NCBI GenBank assembly: GCA_016187335.1
Contig: JACPJW010000001.1
Coordinates: 416,001-480,000 of the forward strand
From: Candidatus Aenigmatarchaeota archaeon
GTDB taxonomy: Archaea; Aenigmatarchaeota; Aenigmatarchaeia; GW2011-AR5
DNA: 64,000 bases
Reading direction: 5' to 3'
Under the pieces are notes generated by a model. That model did no database searches. It was not told the origin of the DNA and saw nothing but the letters and a program-made list of their open reading frames with translations. The position numbers were made by a program, and so were the translations under genes. The stretch's first letter is position 1, and the number at the start of each line of letters is the position of its first letter. This document shows, piece after piece, positions 28,591-37,563 of this stretch.

Positions 28591-28769
28591 CGTTGAACAC
28601 CGGAAAATACCATAACGGAAAGAAAAGGGAAATCCCAGGCATAACCTTTCTTTTCCGCCTTAATTACCCTTTTAAACCTAACTCTGTTGCTTAATTTTTT
28701 AAGCATTGAATGGTACTCTTATTAATCAAAGCCAGTGAGGTCATGTAGTCAGTTCTCGATGGTGCTTTC

Positions 28770-29207
28770 ATGACAGAATGCGAAATGTGCGGCTGGAACG
28801 GCGATTTGGTCAGGGCCAACGTCGAGGGCACGATCCTGAGGGTCTGCAAAAAATGCTCCGTCCTGGGCGCAAAAATGGAAGAAGCGAAAACGGAGCAGAA
28901 GCCGCTGAGTTTAGCCAGAAAGATGGAAATCTCCGAATTCGTGCCGGATTTTGCCGAGAAAATAAGGCACGCCAGGGAGTCAGCAGGAATGAACAAAAGC
29001 GACCTGGCGCGCAGGATTGGCGTGAGCCCGTCATTGCTGTCGCGCATCGAGAAGGGCATGCGCCCTACCGATGCTTTGGCAAGAAAGCTGGAAAAAGAGC
29101 TGAAGATAGGCTTGTTCTACACGGACACATTGACCACGGTAAAGGCGGAAAGAACGCCTGAAGTAACCCTAGGCGACGTCGTTGAGCTGAGGATAAGGAA
29201 GAAGTAG
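28770..29207 (+). CDS. mbf1: Archaeal multiprotein bridging factor aMBF1
   Basis: N-terminal CEMCG...CKKC Zn ribbon plus HTH; C-terminal TLGDVV motif. Confidence 0.93.
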   Translation: MTECEMCGWNGDLVRANVEGTILRVCKKCSVLGAKMEEAKTEQKPLSLARKMEISEFVPDFAEKIRHARESAGMNKSDLARRIGVSPSLLSRIEKGMRPTDALARKLEKELKIGLFYTDTLTTVKAERTPEVTLGDVVELRIRKK

Positions 29208-29364
29208 TTTTTTCTAAAGCGGACATTCCATTTCCGATGGTTATCCCACGTTTTCTTATTTAAGTCTTGGCAAATTATTAGCAAAAGCAAACTGACTGAT
29301 ACACTTTGTACGTCAGTCAGGAATGGCCATTAAGAATCGGCATTGCTGGTAATGACTTAATCAT

Positions 29365-29499
29365 GGCCGCCATGGTGTAGAAAGCCCTTTTTGACGCTTC
29401 GCTTATCAAAAAGCGCTTGCGGAAATAATTAGGGTTTGCAAATTGGTAGCATCGGAGCCTGTGGAGCTCCTTGGCTGGGTTCGAATCCCAGTGGCGGCC
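29365..29499 (+). tRNA. tRNA-His(GUG) with genome-encoded G-1 and a D-loop intron (16/17: 29382-29442)
   Basis: G-GCCGCCA/TGGCGGC-C73; GGAGC-CT GTG GA-GCTCC; CTGGG-TTCGAAT-CCCAG; BHB TGTA/TGCA, outer helix AGCCCT/AGGGTT. Confidence 0.93.
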
Positions 29500-29529
29500 C
29501 TAAATTATTGTTATGATTAAGAAAATAAT

Positions 29530-30417
29530 TCAATAACATAAATTCAAGCCAAGATGTCTGTCCAACTGTTCTTTTGCCATTCTTTGTTCTCTGTTGTTAA
29601 GATGCCAATATCGAAATGATTCTCTACGACAAAGATCCGTTCCTTCGTAGCATTCCAATAAATGCGGATACCCTGCGCCTATTATTCTCGGCTTCCCACC
29701 GTATTGGGAAGCCACGATTATTGGCGTGTCAAGGCTGTTTGGCGACAAGTTTGCAGGATAGAAAGTGATGTGCATTTTTGCCGGGTCAAATTCGAAATAG
29801 GGCACTATGGTAAATCCATTTCTCTTGTAATCAAGCTCTACAGGCCTTTGTTGTGCTCTTTTCCCCCGTCGCCTCAATCCTTCGACAAGATTTCTGTAAA
29901 ACTTGGAAGTTTTTACAGGCGATGCCAACAGTGGCATGTTTGCACTCTTAACATATCCGCTTGGTGTATCATAATTTGGTTCGATTTCACCAAAGCGGAA
30001 GGAATACCAGAAGAAGTGCTTACCGGTAGTTTCTACTGCAATGCCTCTTATGTGAGGAGTTTCATAAGATGATGGCGGAAAGCCAAATTCATCCCTTCCT
30101 GAAATATCTAGTCGGGGCCAATGAGATGCCGGCTTAACAGAAATAAAACATGGGACATTCAATCCATCTATATTGACGTCTCTGACCAATATAGGAACAT
30201 CATTTCTTGTCCACAGGCGAAATTCCTTCTCATCTTTATCCCCACGTCTGTTAATGAATACATGCCACTTAACTGTTGTCAGGCCTGCGCTGAATTCATC
30301 TTCTGTAAAAATTCGCCTTCCTTCAAAACCAAGCTGCCACCAGAATAAGTACCTTTTGTCTATTATCTTTTCCCCATCTAGTTTGTCAACTAGGCTTCTG
30401 TCAATCATATATAACAA
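29530..30417 (-). CDS. Hypothetical protein (orphan, AT-richer)
   Basis: 295-aa ORF converging on the tRNA-His 3' end; no recognised motif. Confidence 0.65.
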   Translation of the reverse strand: MLYMIDRSLVDKLDGEKIIDKRYLFWWQLGFEGRRIFTEDEFSAGLTTVKWHVFINRRGDKDEKEFRLWTRNDVPILVRDVNIDGLNVPCFISVKPASHWPRLDISGRDEFGFPPSSYETPHIRGIAVETTGKHFFWYSFRFGEIEPNYDTPSGYVKSANMPLLASPVKTSKFYRNLVEGLRRRGKRAQQRPVELDYKRNGFTIVPYFEFDPAKMHITFYPANLSPNSLDTPIIVASQYGGKPRIIGAGYPHLLECYEGTDLCRRESFRYWHLNNREQRMAKEQLDRHLGLNLCY

Positions 30418-30469
30418 GAATCAGGAAAATATTTAGCTGTAAAATAAACCACAGAAAATAAAATCAGCC

Positions 30470-30745
30470 CTATCCAGTCCTCTTTATCACGTGCCAGCCG
30501 AACTCGGTTTTCACGGGCTGGGAAATCTGGTCCTTTTCCAGAGCGAATGCAGCCATCTCGAACGTCCTGACCATCATGCCCCTTCCAAAAGAACCAAGGT
30601 CTCCGCCATGCTTTCTTGACGGGCATAAAGAATGCTGCTGCGCAAGCTCCGCGAAGCTCTCGCCTTTCTTGATCTTGTCAAGGATAAGCTTTACTTCCTG
30701 CTCAGTTTTCACAAGGATGTGCGAGCATCGCACTTGGGATGGCAT
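30470..30745 (-). CDS. ppiC: Parvulin-type peptidyl-prolyl isomerase
   Basis: VRCSHILVK, FAELAQQHSLCPS, GGDLGSF, PVKTEFGWHVI. Confidence 0.96.
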   Translation of the reverse strand: MPSQVRCSHILVKTEQEVKLILDKIKKGESFAELAQQHSLCPSRKHGGDLGSFGRGMMVRTFEMAAFALEKDQISQPVKTEFGWHVIKRTG

Positions 30746-30811
30746 CGTTCAATTTACCCACAAAAACTTTATATATTTCTTAGTAGGTTAATACAGACGG
30801 TGACAGAATGA

Positions 30812-31039
30812 CCGGCTCAAGAAGGGATCTACTTCACTCGGCGCAGGAAGCGCGGTTCAGTTAGTTTACTTAATTCTCAAAACAGGTTTTCTGTCACCAT
30901 TGATGACCGCGGAAGGATATTCATCCCGGCAGAGATACGAAGGTCTTTCGGAATGACCGCAGGCGAGACGCTGTTCCTTTACCCGATTACTTCTGAGAAT
31001 GCTGTTTTGATTAAGAGAGGTGTTGGAAATGCTAAATGA
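30812..31039 (+). pseudogene. AbrB/MazE/SpoVT-type DNA-binding domain frame with no in-frame ATG/GTG/TTG upstream of the domain
   Basis: Open frame ...FSVTIDDRGRIFIPAEIRRSFGMTAGETLFLY...; bounded upstream by TGA at 30809-30811; an out-of-frame ATG lies at 30808. Confidence 0.6.
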
Positions 31040-31664
31040 TTGTCTACTTTTCATATTCGATCTTGATGGAACGCTGTATTCTAAGGATAGGGAAAAAAAT
31101 TACTACAGAGAGCTTCAAAAATTGAGGAAAAGATTCATTGCTAAAACATTAGGCGTACCATTGAAAGAAGCGGATAGAATTCTTGCAGGTCTAATCAGCA
31201 ATTATGGTGAAAATATAGATATCACCTTAGAAACCGAATATGGTGTACCAAAGCCGAGATACTATGCAGAAACTGCAGGTTCTGTTCCTGTTGAAGACAT
31301 AATTTCTTATGACCCAAAACTACGTTGCATCTTATGTCAAATAGACTCTACGAAATCTGTTTTGACAAATGCACCTAGTGTCTGGGCAGAAAAAGCGATA
31401 GGACAGCTAGGAATTGCAGACCAGTTTGGCTTGGTAATGACATGTGATGACGGCATCGTAAAGCCGCAGGAAGAAGCCTTTCTAAGGGTATGCAGAGGCG
31501 CCGCTGTGGAACCAAAAAGAGCCATTGCCGTAGGAGATAACCCTCAACGGGACTTATACGTTCCAAGAAAGCTCGGGATGAAAACTGTTTCTGTGGGTGT
31601 TTTTGACACAAATGCAGATTTCTTCATAGATTCCATTTACGGGTTGCCAGAAATTTTGAGGTGA
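31029..31664 (+). CDS. HAD-superfamily hydrolase (pyrimidine 5'-nucleotidase-like)
   Basis: FDLDGTLY, VLTNAP, KPQEEAF, VGDNPQRD. Confidence 0.88.
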   Translation: MLNDCLLFIFDLDGTLYSKDREKNYYRELQKLRKRFIAKTLGVPLKEADRILAGLISNYGENIDITLETEYGVPKPRYYAETAGSVPVEDIISYDPKLRCILCQIDSTKSVLTNAPSVWAEKAIGQLGIADQFGLVMTCDDGIVKPQEEAFLRVCRGAAVEPKRAIAVGDNPQRDLYVPRKLGMKTVSVGVFDTNADFFIDSIYGLPEILR

Positions 31665-31673
31665 TAGTCATGG

Positions 31674-32423
31674 GTGAATTACTTCATCGGCGAGAAAGTT
31701 GAAGGCAGTATCTTTGTGCTAGATGACGCAAAGCCTTTTGGGATAAAGTTTCCAGATGATTACGAAAAACTGCTCAGAAAAAATAACGGCACTCTGAGAG
31801 TCATTGATGCAGAAGAGCTTACTTTTTACTTGATGTATTTTATGGAAACATCAACTGGGCAGAAGCCTGTTACCCTTATAGGAAAGGGCGGTGCATTGAC
31901 AGGAGTTCTTCTGAGGCGCAGAGGATTCTCAAAACAAATGAGTTTTGCGGATGTTGAAAGGACTTACAGCAGCGATGGAAATGGTACGAAGATAAACTAC
32001 CGTATTATTTCCTGCGATGATGAACTATACCCTCGCATAGCTGACGATGTAATTGCAAGCGGGACGACTTTGAATTTTCTGATGAGAGAACTTGGCCTGA
32101 GGGAGTCTGATGTATATACATTGGTCCTGAGCGGAGATACGAACAGCGGCTGGAGAGATGCAACAGGCAGTACACTGGCGAATTCAAGGAATGTTTACGC
32201 AGCTGCTGTTGCACTACGTCCTAACGCAAAGCCTGCAATATTTTCTACACGATATCTTTTGTACGGCGTCAAAAACAATCCAAGATACAGGGATTATTTG
32301 GCAAAATACGTCGGCGGGGAGCAGAATGTTCGTAGTATTCTGCCAATGCTCAGGGAAATTGATTTGTCACCTTTTGATTTGCTGTACAAAGAACCGCGAG
32401 AATTTCTCCGGAAATATGGATAG
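31674..32423 (+). CDS. Divergent type I phosphoribosyltransferase-fold protein
   Basis: PRPP-loop-like RIADDVIASGTTL; upstream IGKGG. Confidence 0.65.
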   Translation: MNYFIGEKVEGSIFVLDDAKPFGIKFPDDYEKLLRKNNGTLRVIDAEELTFYLMYFMETSTGQKPVTLIGKGGALTGVLLRRRGFSKQMSFADVERTYSSDGNGTKINYRIISCDDELYPRIADDVIASGTTLNFLMRELGLRESDVYTLVLSGDTNSGWRDATGSTLANSRNVYAAAVALRPNAKPAIFSTRYLLYGVKNNPRYRDYLAKYVGGEQNVRSILPMLREIDLSPFDLLYKEPREFLRKYG

Positions 32424-32430
32424 TGATTCT

Positions 32431-32967
32431 ATGAAGATTCAGGTTGGAGTTATAGGTCCTGCGGAAGAAGAGTATTCTTCTGACAAAAAAATGCGCGAAA
32501 AAATTGAGATAACGGCAGAGAGATTAGGCGAACTTGTCGCAGAAAGCGGCGCTGTTTTGTTTACAGGCGGCATGAGCGGCGTAATGGAAGCTGCATCGCG
32601 GGGTGCAAAAAAGAAAGGAGGTTTGACCATCGGCACGCCCGGACGAGACAGAGGAATTTCAAACAAATACGTGGATGTGGAAATATGCACGCCTATAGAC
32701 ATAGGCGACTTTTTGTTTGCCGGGACGTGGAGCTGTGACGCAATTATTGTTGTTCCCGGAAGCGCAGGAACACTGGCGGAAATGTGCCTGGCTTACAGGG
32801 CTAAAAAACCTATAATCGTATTGAGAGGATTTGATGAAATATACGAAAAATGGATAGATAACTACATTGACGAAGGAAAGTTCGTAAAAATCTTAGGGAC
32901 AGAAACTCCAGAAGAAGCAGTTGAAATGGCTATTAAAATCGCCAAATTAAATCTAAATAAAAAGTGA
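32431..32967 (+). CDS. LOG/SLOG-family (TIGR00725-like) protein (start re-placed at ATG 32431)
   Basis: IQVGVIG, LFTGGMSGVMEAASRGAKKKGGLTIG, VPGSAGTLAE. Confidence 0.85.
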   Translation: MKIQVGVIGPAEEEYSSDKKMREKIEITAERLGELVAESGAVLFTGGMSGVMEAASRGAKKKGGLTIGTPGRDRGISNKYVDVEICTPIDIGDFLFAGTWSCDAIIVVPGSAGTLAEMCLAYRAKKPIIVLRGFDEIYEKWIDNYIDEGKFVKILGTETPEEAVEMAIKIAKLNLNKK

Positions 32968-34238
32968 TTATCATGCCCAAATTCCAGACGCCACGAGGCA
33001 CCAGGGACTTTTTGCCTGAGAAGATGCTCAGAAGGCAGTTCGTTCTGGATACGCTGCGCGCTGTCTTTGAGAAATGGGGCTACGAGCCTTTGGAAACGCC
33101 TGCATTCGAGGACTGGGCCTTGCTGTCGGCGAAGCAGGGCGGCGGAGAAGAGATCAAGAAAGAGATATTTTATTTCAAGGACAAGGGCGACAGAGAAGTT
33201 GGCTTGCGTTTTGACCTGACCGTGCCGCTTGCCCGCGTTGTTGCAGGCAATCCCCAGCTGCCTAAGCCTTTCAAAAGATACGCCATCGGCAGGGTGTGGC
33301 GCTACGACGAGCCGCAGGCCGGCAGGTACAGGGAATTCTGGCAGGCTGACGTTGATATTATAGGCTCGCCCGAGAGCGACGCTGACGCCGAAATAATTGC
33401 TATAGCCTGCGAAGCCCTGCTGGTTCTAGGTTTCAAGGAATTCCAGATACGGCTGAACAACAGGAAGATTCTGGAATCCTTTGTGAAGTCTCTGGGCATC
33501 AAGGACCCTATGGCTGTTTTCCGCGCCGTTGACAAGCTGGAAAAGACAGGAGAGGAGCAGGTCAGAAAAGAGCTGAAAAAAACAGTCAGCAGCGCCCAGG
33601 CAGACGAAATAATGAAATTCCTGAAGATTAGGGAAACGGAAGAATTGCGTTCCTTGGCAAAAAGCGACGAGATGAGGGAAGCCATAGCGGAATTGGAATC
33701 GGTCCTTAACTCAATGAAGGGCTACGGCTATTCTGCTTTTGTTCGCAGCGACATGTCCCTGGTCCGCGGCCTTGAATATTATACAGGGCCGGTTTTCGAA
33801 ATAAAGGTGGGCAAAGCCAGGCTAAGCATAGGCGGCGGCGGCAGGTATGACAAGCTCATAGAATTGTTCGGCGGCAAGCCAACGCCTGCCACGGGCATTT
33901 CCTTCGGCGTTGAAAGGCTTGTGGATATCATGGAAGCGGAGAAAATGCTGGACACGCCGAAAACCATTGCAAGGGTGTTTATTGCGAGCGCCGGCGACGT
34001 CCGTCCGGCTGTCCTGAAAGCCGCCAAGGAGCTGAGAAGGCTTGGCATCAATTGCGAATACGACGTCATGCAGCGCGACTTGGGCAAGCAGCTGCAGTAC
34101 GTCAACGCCAGAAGCGTTCCTTTCGTGCTGATTATCGGCGAGAAAGAGGTTAAGGAAGGCGTTTATCGGCTAAGGGACATGAAAAGCGGCGAAGAGCAGT
34201 TGTTGAAAAGCTTGGAAGACGTGAAAAAGTGGGGTTAA
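32964..34238 (+). CDS. hisS: Histidyl-tRNA synthetase
   Basis: PRGTRDF, LRFDLTVPLAR, WRYDEPQAGRYREFWQADVD, LVRGLEYYTG, GGGRYD. Confidence 0.97.
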   Translation: MIIMPKFQTPRGTRDFLPEKMLRRQFVLDTLRAVFEKWGYEPLETPAFEDWALLSAKQGGGEEIKKEIFYFKDKGDREVGLRFDLTVPLARVVAGNPQLPKPFKRYAIGRVWRYDEPQAGRYREFWQADVDIIGSPESDADAEIIAIACEALLVLGFKEFQIRLNNRKILESFVKSLGIKDPMAVFRAVDKLEKTGEEQVRKELKKTVSSAQADEIMKFLKIRETEELRSLAKSDEMREAIAELESVLNSMKGYGYSAFVRSDMSLVRGLEYYTGPVFEIKVGKARLSIGGGGRYDKLIELFGGKPTPATGISFGVERLVDIMEAEKMLDTPKTIARVFIASAGDVRPAVLKAAKELRRLGINCEYDVMQRDLGKQLQYVNARSVPFVLIIGEKEVKEGVYRLRDMKSGEEQLLKSLEDVKKWG

Positions 34239-34298
34239 AGGAAAAAATTTGCAGGCCAGAAAGAGTCTCTCCTGTATCAAAGCCCTGTATCGCTGTTT

Positions 34299-34430
34299 TT
34301 ATGACTTAACCAAGATGTACGAGCACGCCATGCAGATGAATTCTTCATCCGCGCTGTAAGTCCTGTACGAGCCGCATCTCGGGCAGCCTTTTCTTGTTTT
34401 TGCTTCTGCAAGTCTTGTCTTTGCTTTCAT
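34299..34430 (-). CDS. Small CPxCG-type zinc-finger protein, 43 aa, not in ORF track
   Basis: MKAKTRLAEAKTRKGCPRCGSYRTYSADEEFICMACSYILVKS; GGTGG SD upstream. Confidence 0.65.
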   Translation of the reverse strand: MKAKTRLAEAKTRKGCPRCGSYRTYSADEEFICMACSYILVKS

Positions 34431-34702
34431 TTTCGTCAGCCCACCTGTTCCCACAATATCGGCATCAGAATATAAAGCTTCTAGCGGCGGAAACTATCTT
34501 TTACCCTACAATAATGCTTTTATGCGTAGTCTCTGGCAAGGGGTGAAAGCTTTAAAAAGGTTCCAGCCAAGTATAAAATGCTCTTACTTCTACGGTGTTT
34601 TAGCCAATGACAGTAAGGTTAGACAAAAATATGCAAAGCGGAAGAGCAGAACCGATTTCCGGCTTTTGGTGAGCTTCCGCCTTAGAAAAAGGTGAAAATA
34701 TT

Positions 34703-36496
34703 ATGGCAAAGGAAAAAATAGTGCCTGATACGTCAGTGATTATTTCAGGCATCTTAACGGATCTGATAGCCAAAGGCGAGCTGTCGGACGCGGAAATAAT
34801 CATGCCGGAGTTCGTTGTGGAAGAGCTTCGCGCCCAGTCGTCAAAAGGCAGGGAAATAGGCTTCAAGGGCCTGGAAGAACTGAAGAAATTGCGGGAGCTC
34901 AGCGGCGAGAAAATCAAGCTTGTCAAAATAGGCCGCAGGCAGACGATGGAGGAAATACAATTGGCAAAATACGGCAGGATAGACGCTCTAATCATTGATA
35001 TTGCCAGGGAATACGATGCCGTTCTTTACACTGCTGACTATGTCCAGTTCCTCGTGTGCGATGCCGAGGGCATCAAGACGCGCTACTTCAAGCCTTACGA
35101 AAAAAAAATAGAAACAAAGCTTTCCTCGATGCTGACCAAGGATACAATGTCCCTGCATCTGAAGGAAGGGACGGTGCCGATGGCGAAGCGAGGCCTGCCC
35201 GGTAAGTTTTCTTTAGTCAAGCTGAGGGAGGAGCTGCTGACAGAGGACGAACTGGAAGAGATTATCAAGGAGGTCATGGACGCGGCCAGGTATGAAGAGG
35301 ACACGTTCATAGAAGTGGGCGGCCACGTGGCTTCTGTCGTGCAGATGGGCGACATGAGGATAGCGATAGCACGTCCTCCTTTCTCCGACGGCGTAGAGAT
35401 TACAGTGGTCAGGCCAATAATCAAGCTGACGCTGGAAGACTACAAGCTTTCTGAAAAGCTCAAAGAGCGCCTTGCAAAGCGCGCTGACGGAATTCTCATA
35501 GCCGGCCCGCCCGGCTCAGGAAAAAGCACTTTTGCCGCCTCCCTTGCGGAGTTTTATGAAAGACAGGGCAAGATTGTGAAGACAATGGAATCACCAAGGG
35601 ACTTGCAGGTAGGCCCGGAGATAACGCAGTACAGCAAATTGAAGGGCTCTTTCGAGAATACAGCGGACATGCTCCTGCTTGTGAGACCGGACTACACTGT
35701 TTTCGACGAGGTGCGGAAAACCGAGGACTTTCTTATATTCAGCGACATGCGCCTTGCGGGAATAGGCATGATCGGCGTTGTCCATGCCACGGAGCCCGTT
35801 GACGCCGTGCAGCGCTTCATCGGCAGGATTGAACTGGGCATGGTGCCTCACATCATTGACACAATCATATACATCAAGGACGGCGTCATCAAAAATGTTT
35901 ACGTATTGTCTTTGGTCGTGAGGACGCCGACAGGCATGACAGAAGCTGACCTGGCAAGGCCTGTTGTTGAAGTCAGGGATTTTGAAACAGGAACAATGGA
36001 ATACGAAATATACACCTACGGCGAGGAGAACGTAATCATACCGGTGAAAGAGAAAAAAGAATCAGCGCTGCAAAGGCTTGCCAAAAAACACATATTCGAG
36101 GAAATCAAGCGCTTCGACAGGGACGCGCAGGTGGAATTCATGAGCGACGAGAAGATCCTCGTCAAGGTGGACAACGAAATTATCCCAAGAATCATCGGCA
36201 AGGAAGGCGTGACTATAAAGCATCTGGAAGAAAAGCTGGGATTGCACATTGACATCCTGCCGAAGGTGGAAACATTCGGAAAGGAGACGAAGTTTGACCA
36301 GGAAGAGAGCGGCGCGTACATGCAGTTCGTTTTCAGCGAGAAGCAGGGCAGGATTGTCAACTTCTACGCAGGAAAGGATTATTTGTTCTCGGCAACAATA
36401 GGCAAGAACGGCCGCATCAAGGTCAGCAAGGATTCCGATATAGGCAAGGAAGCCATGAAGGCGCTGGCCAAAGGGACCCTGAAGACGTTTGTATAA
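34703..36496 (+). CDS. PIN-domain/VapC-like ATPase with KH domain (PINA family)
   Basis: N-terminal PIN (VPDTSVII, IDALI), Walker A GPPGSGKST, MESPRDLQ, LLVRPDYTVFDEVR, GMIGVVHA, KH IIGKEG. Confidence 0.92.
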   Translation: MAKEKIVPDTSVIISGILTDLIAKGELSDAEIIMPEFVVEELRAQSSKGREIGFKGLEELKKLRELSGEKIKLVKIGRRQTMEEIQLAKYGRIDALIIDIAREYDAVLYTADYVQFLVCDAEGIKTRYFKPYEKKIETKLSSMLTKDTMSLHLKEGTVPMAKRGLPGKFSLVKLREELLTEDELEEIIKEVMDAARYEEDTFIEVGGHVASVVQMGDMRIAIARPPFSDGVEITVVRPIIKLTLEDYKLSEKLKERLAKRADGILIAGPPGSGKSTFAASLAEFYERQGKIVKTMESPRDLQVGPEITQYSKLKGSFENTADMLLLVRPDYTVFDEVRKTEDFLIFSDMRLAGIGMIGVVHATEPVDAVQRFIGRIELGMVPHIIDTIIYIKDGVIKNVYVLSLVVRTPTGMTEADLARPVVEVRDFETGTMEYEIYTYGEENVIIPVKEKKESALQRLAKKHIFEEIKRFDRDAQVEFMSDEKILVKVDNEIIPRIIGKEGVTIKHLEEKLGLHIDILPKVETFGKETKFDQEESGAYMQFVFSEKQGRIVNFYAGKDYLFSATIGKNGRIKVSKDSDIGKEAMKALAKGTLKTFV

Positions 36497-36543
36497 CGGG
36501 TTGATTCTACAAGTTTTAATACTTTAAAGTAGTAACGAGTCGT

Positions 36544-37131
36544 GTGGTTAGAATGCCCAATGAAGGTTCAGGTCTAATCGTATTTCTTAATGGCACAAGC
36601 AGTTCTGGAAAAACCAGTATAGCTGCTGAGCTGACCAGAACACTGTTTGGCTACGAGTACATGGGGGTAGATGAATATTTAACGCGTGACAGAAATTTAG
36701 ACGAACAACTTCAAAGACAGGATGAGCAAGGCATAGTTAAAGCGGCTACAGATGCCATTTATAATTTCCACAACTCAATTGCGGCCAGGGCTGCTGCAGG
36801 ACGGAACGTTGTCGCGGATCATGTTCTTTGGGATTCCGAACTGACAGAGCACGCCGCGAGAACCCTAGGGCCTTACCATGTCCTTCTCGTGGGCGTATAT
36901 TGCCCTCTTGATATCGCAAAGGAGAGGGAAAAGAAACGTGGTGACAGAATTCTAGGGATTGTGCAATGTCAATTTCCGGTTGTTCATGAAGGCAAGCTAT
37001 ATGATGTGACGGTCGATACTTCTGTTTTGAGACCCGAGCAGTGCGCAACAGAAATTATAGACGCAATTAATAGTAGGCAGTATATTTCTCGGCCTACTCG
37101 TGAAAAATTTGTTGTACCAACTGAATTATAA
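36544..37131 (+). CDS. Chloramphenicol-phosphotransferase-like P-loop kinase
   Basis: IVFLNGTSSSGKTS, NVVADHV, VGVYCPL...REKKRGDR, YDVTVDTS. Confidence 0.8.
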   Translation: MVRMPNEGSGLIVFLNGTSSSGKTSIAAELTRTLFGYEYMGVDEYLTRDRNLDEQLQRQDEQGIVKAATDAIYNFHNSIAARAAAGRNVVADHVLWDSELTEHAARTLGPYHVLLVGVYCPLDIAKEREKKRGDRILGIVQCQFPVVHEGKLYDVTVDTSVLRPEQCATEIIDAINSRQYISRPTREKFVVPTEL

Positions 37132-37169
37132 ATAATAAGAGAAAGAAATCAAGGAAAACAAAGGAGAGG

Positions 37170-37490
37170 TTGGTCTTGTCTATGGACATAGAGTTTTGTG
37201 GTTGCGGCGGCATGCTTGCGCCTGCCGGAAAGGGATTGCTAAGGTGCAGGTCCTGCGGCAAGGAACTGGAAAAAAAATTTCATGGCAAAATAACGGCAAA
37301 GTCCGAGAAAAAGGAAATCGTCGTGATAGAAGACAACGCTCCTGATCTGCCGACAACTGACAAGGAATGCCCGAAGTGCAAGCATGGAAAGGCTTACTGG
37401 TGGCTCATCCAGACAAGGAGCGCGGACGAGCCGCCCACGCAGTTCTTCCGATGCATAAAGTGCAGGCACGTGTGGCGGGAGTACAAGTGA
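37170..37490 (+). CDS. tfs: Transcription factor S (TFS/RpoM family); likely start ATG 37182
   Basis: C-terminal Zn ribbon CPKC...QTRSADEPPTQFFRCIKC with the catalytic DE pair. Confidence 0.93.
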   Translation: MVLSMDIEFCGCGGMLAPAGKGLLRCRSCGKELEKKFHGKITAKSEKKEIVVIEDNAPDLPTTDKECPKCKHGKAYWWLIQTRSADEPPTQFFRCIKCRHVWREYK

Positions 37491-37563
37491 TTTTTTCGCA
37501 GTCTTCACGTGATTAATTAAAGTTTTCAATTTCCTTTAAGAAAATTGTTTCCAAAGGAAATTC

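Noticed and set aside
29499-32967. Provirus or large integrative element at tRNA-His
   Set aside because: No duplicate of the tRNA-His 3' end, and no integrase, capsid or replication genes found in the window.
34644-34681. Hairpin GCGGAAG..CTTCCGC in the PINA leader as a riboswitch or BHB intron
   Set aside because: No BHB bulges and no recognised aptamer motif; a single stem is insufficient evidence.
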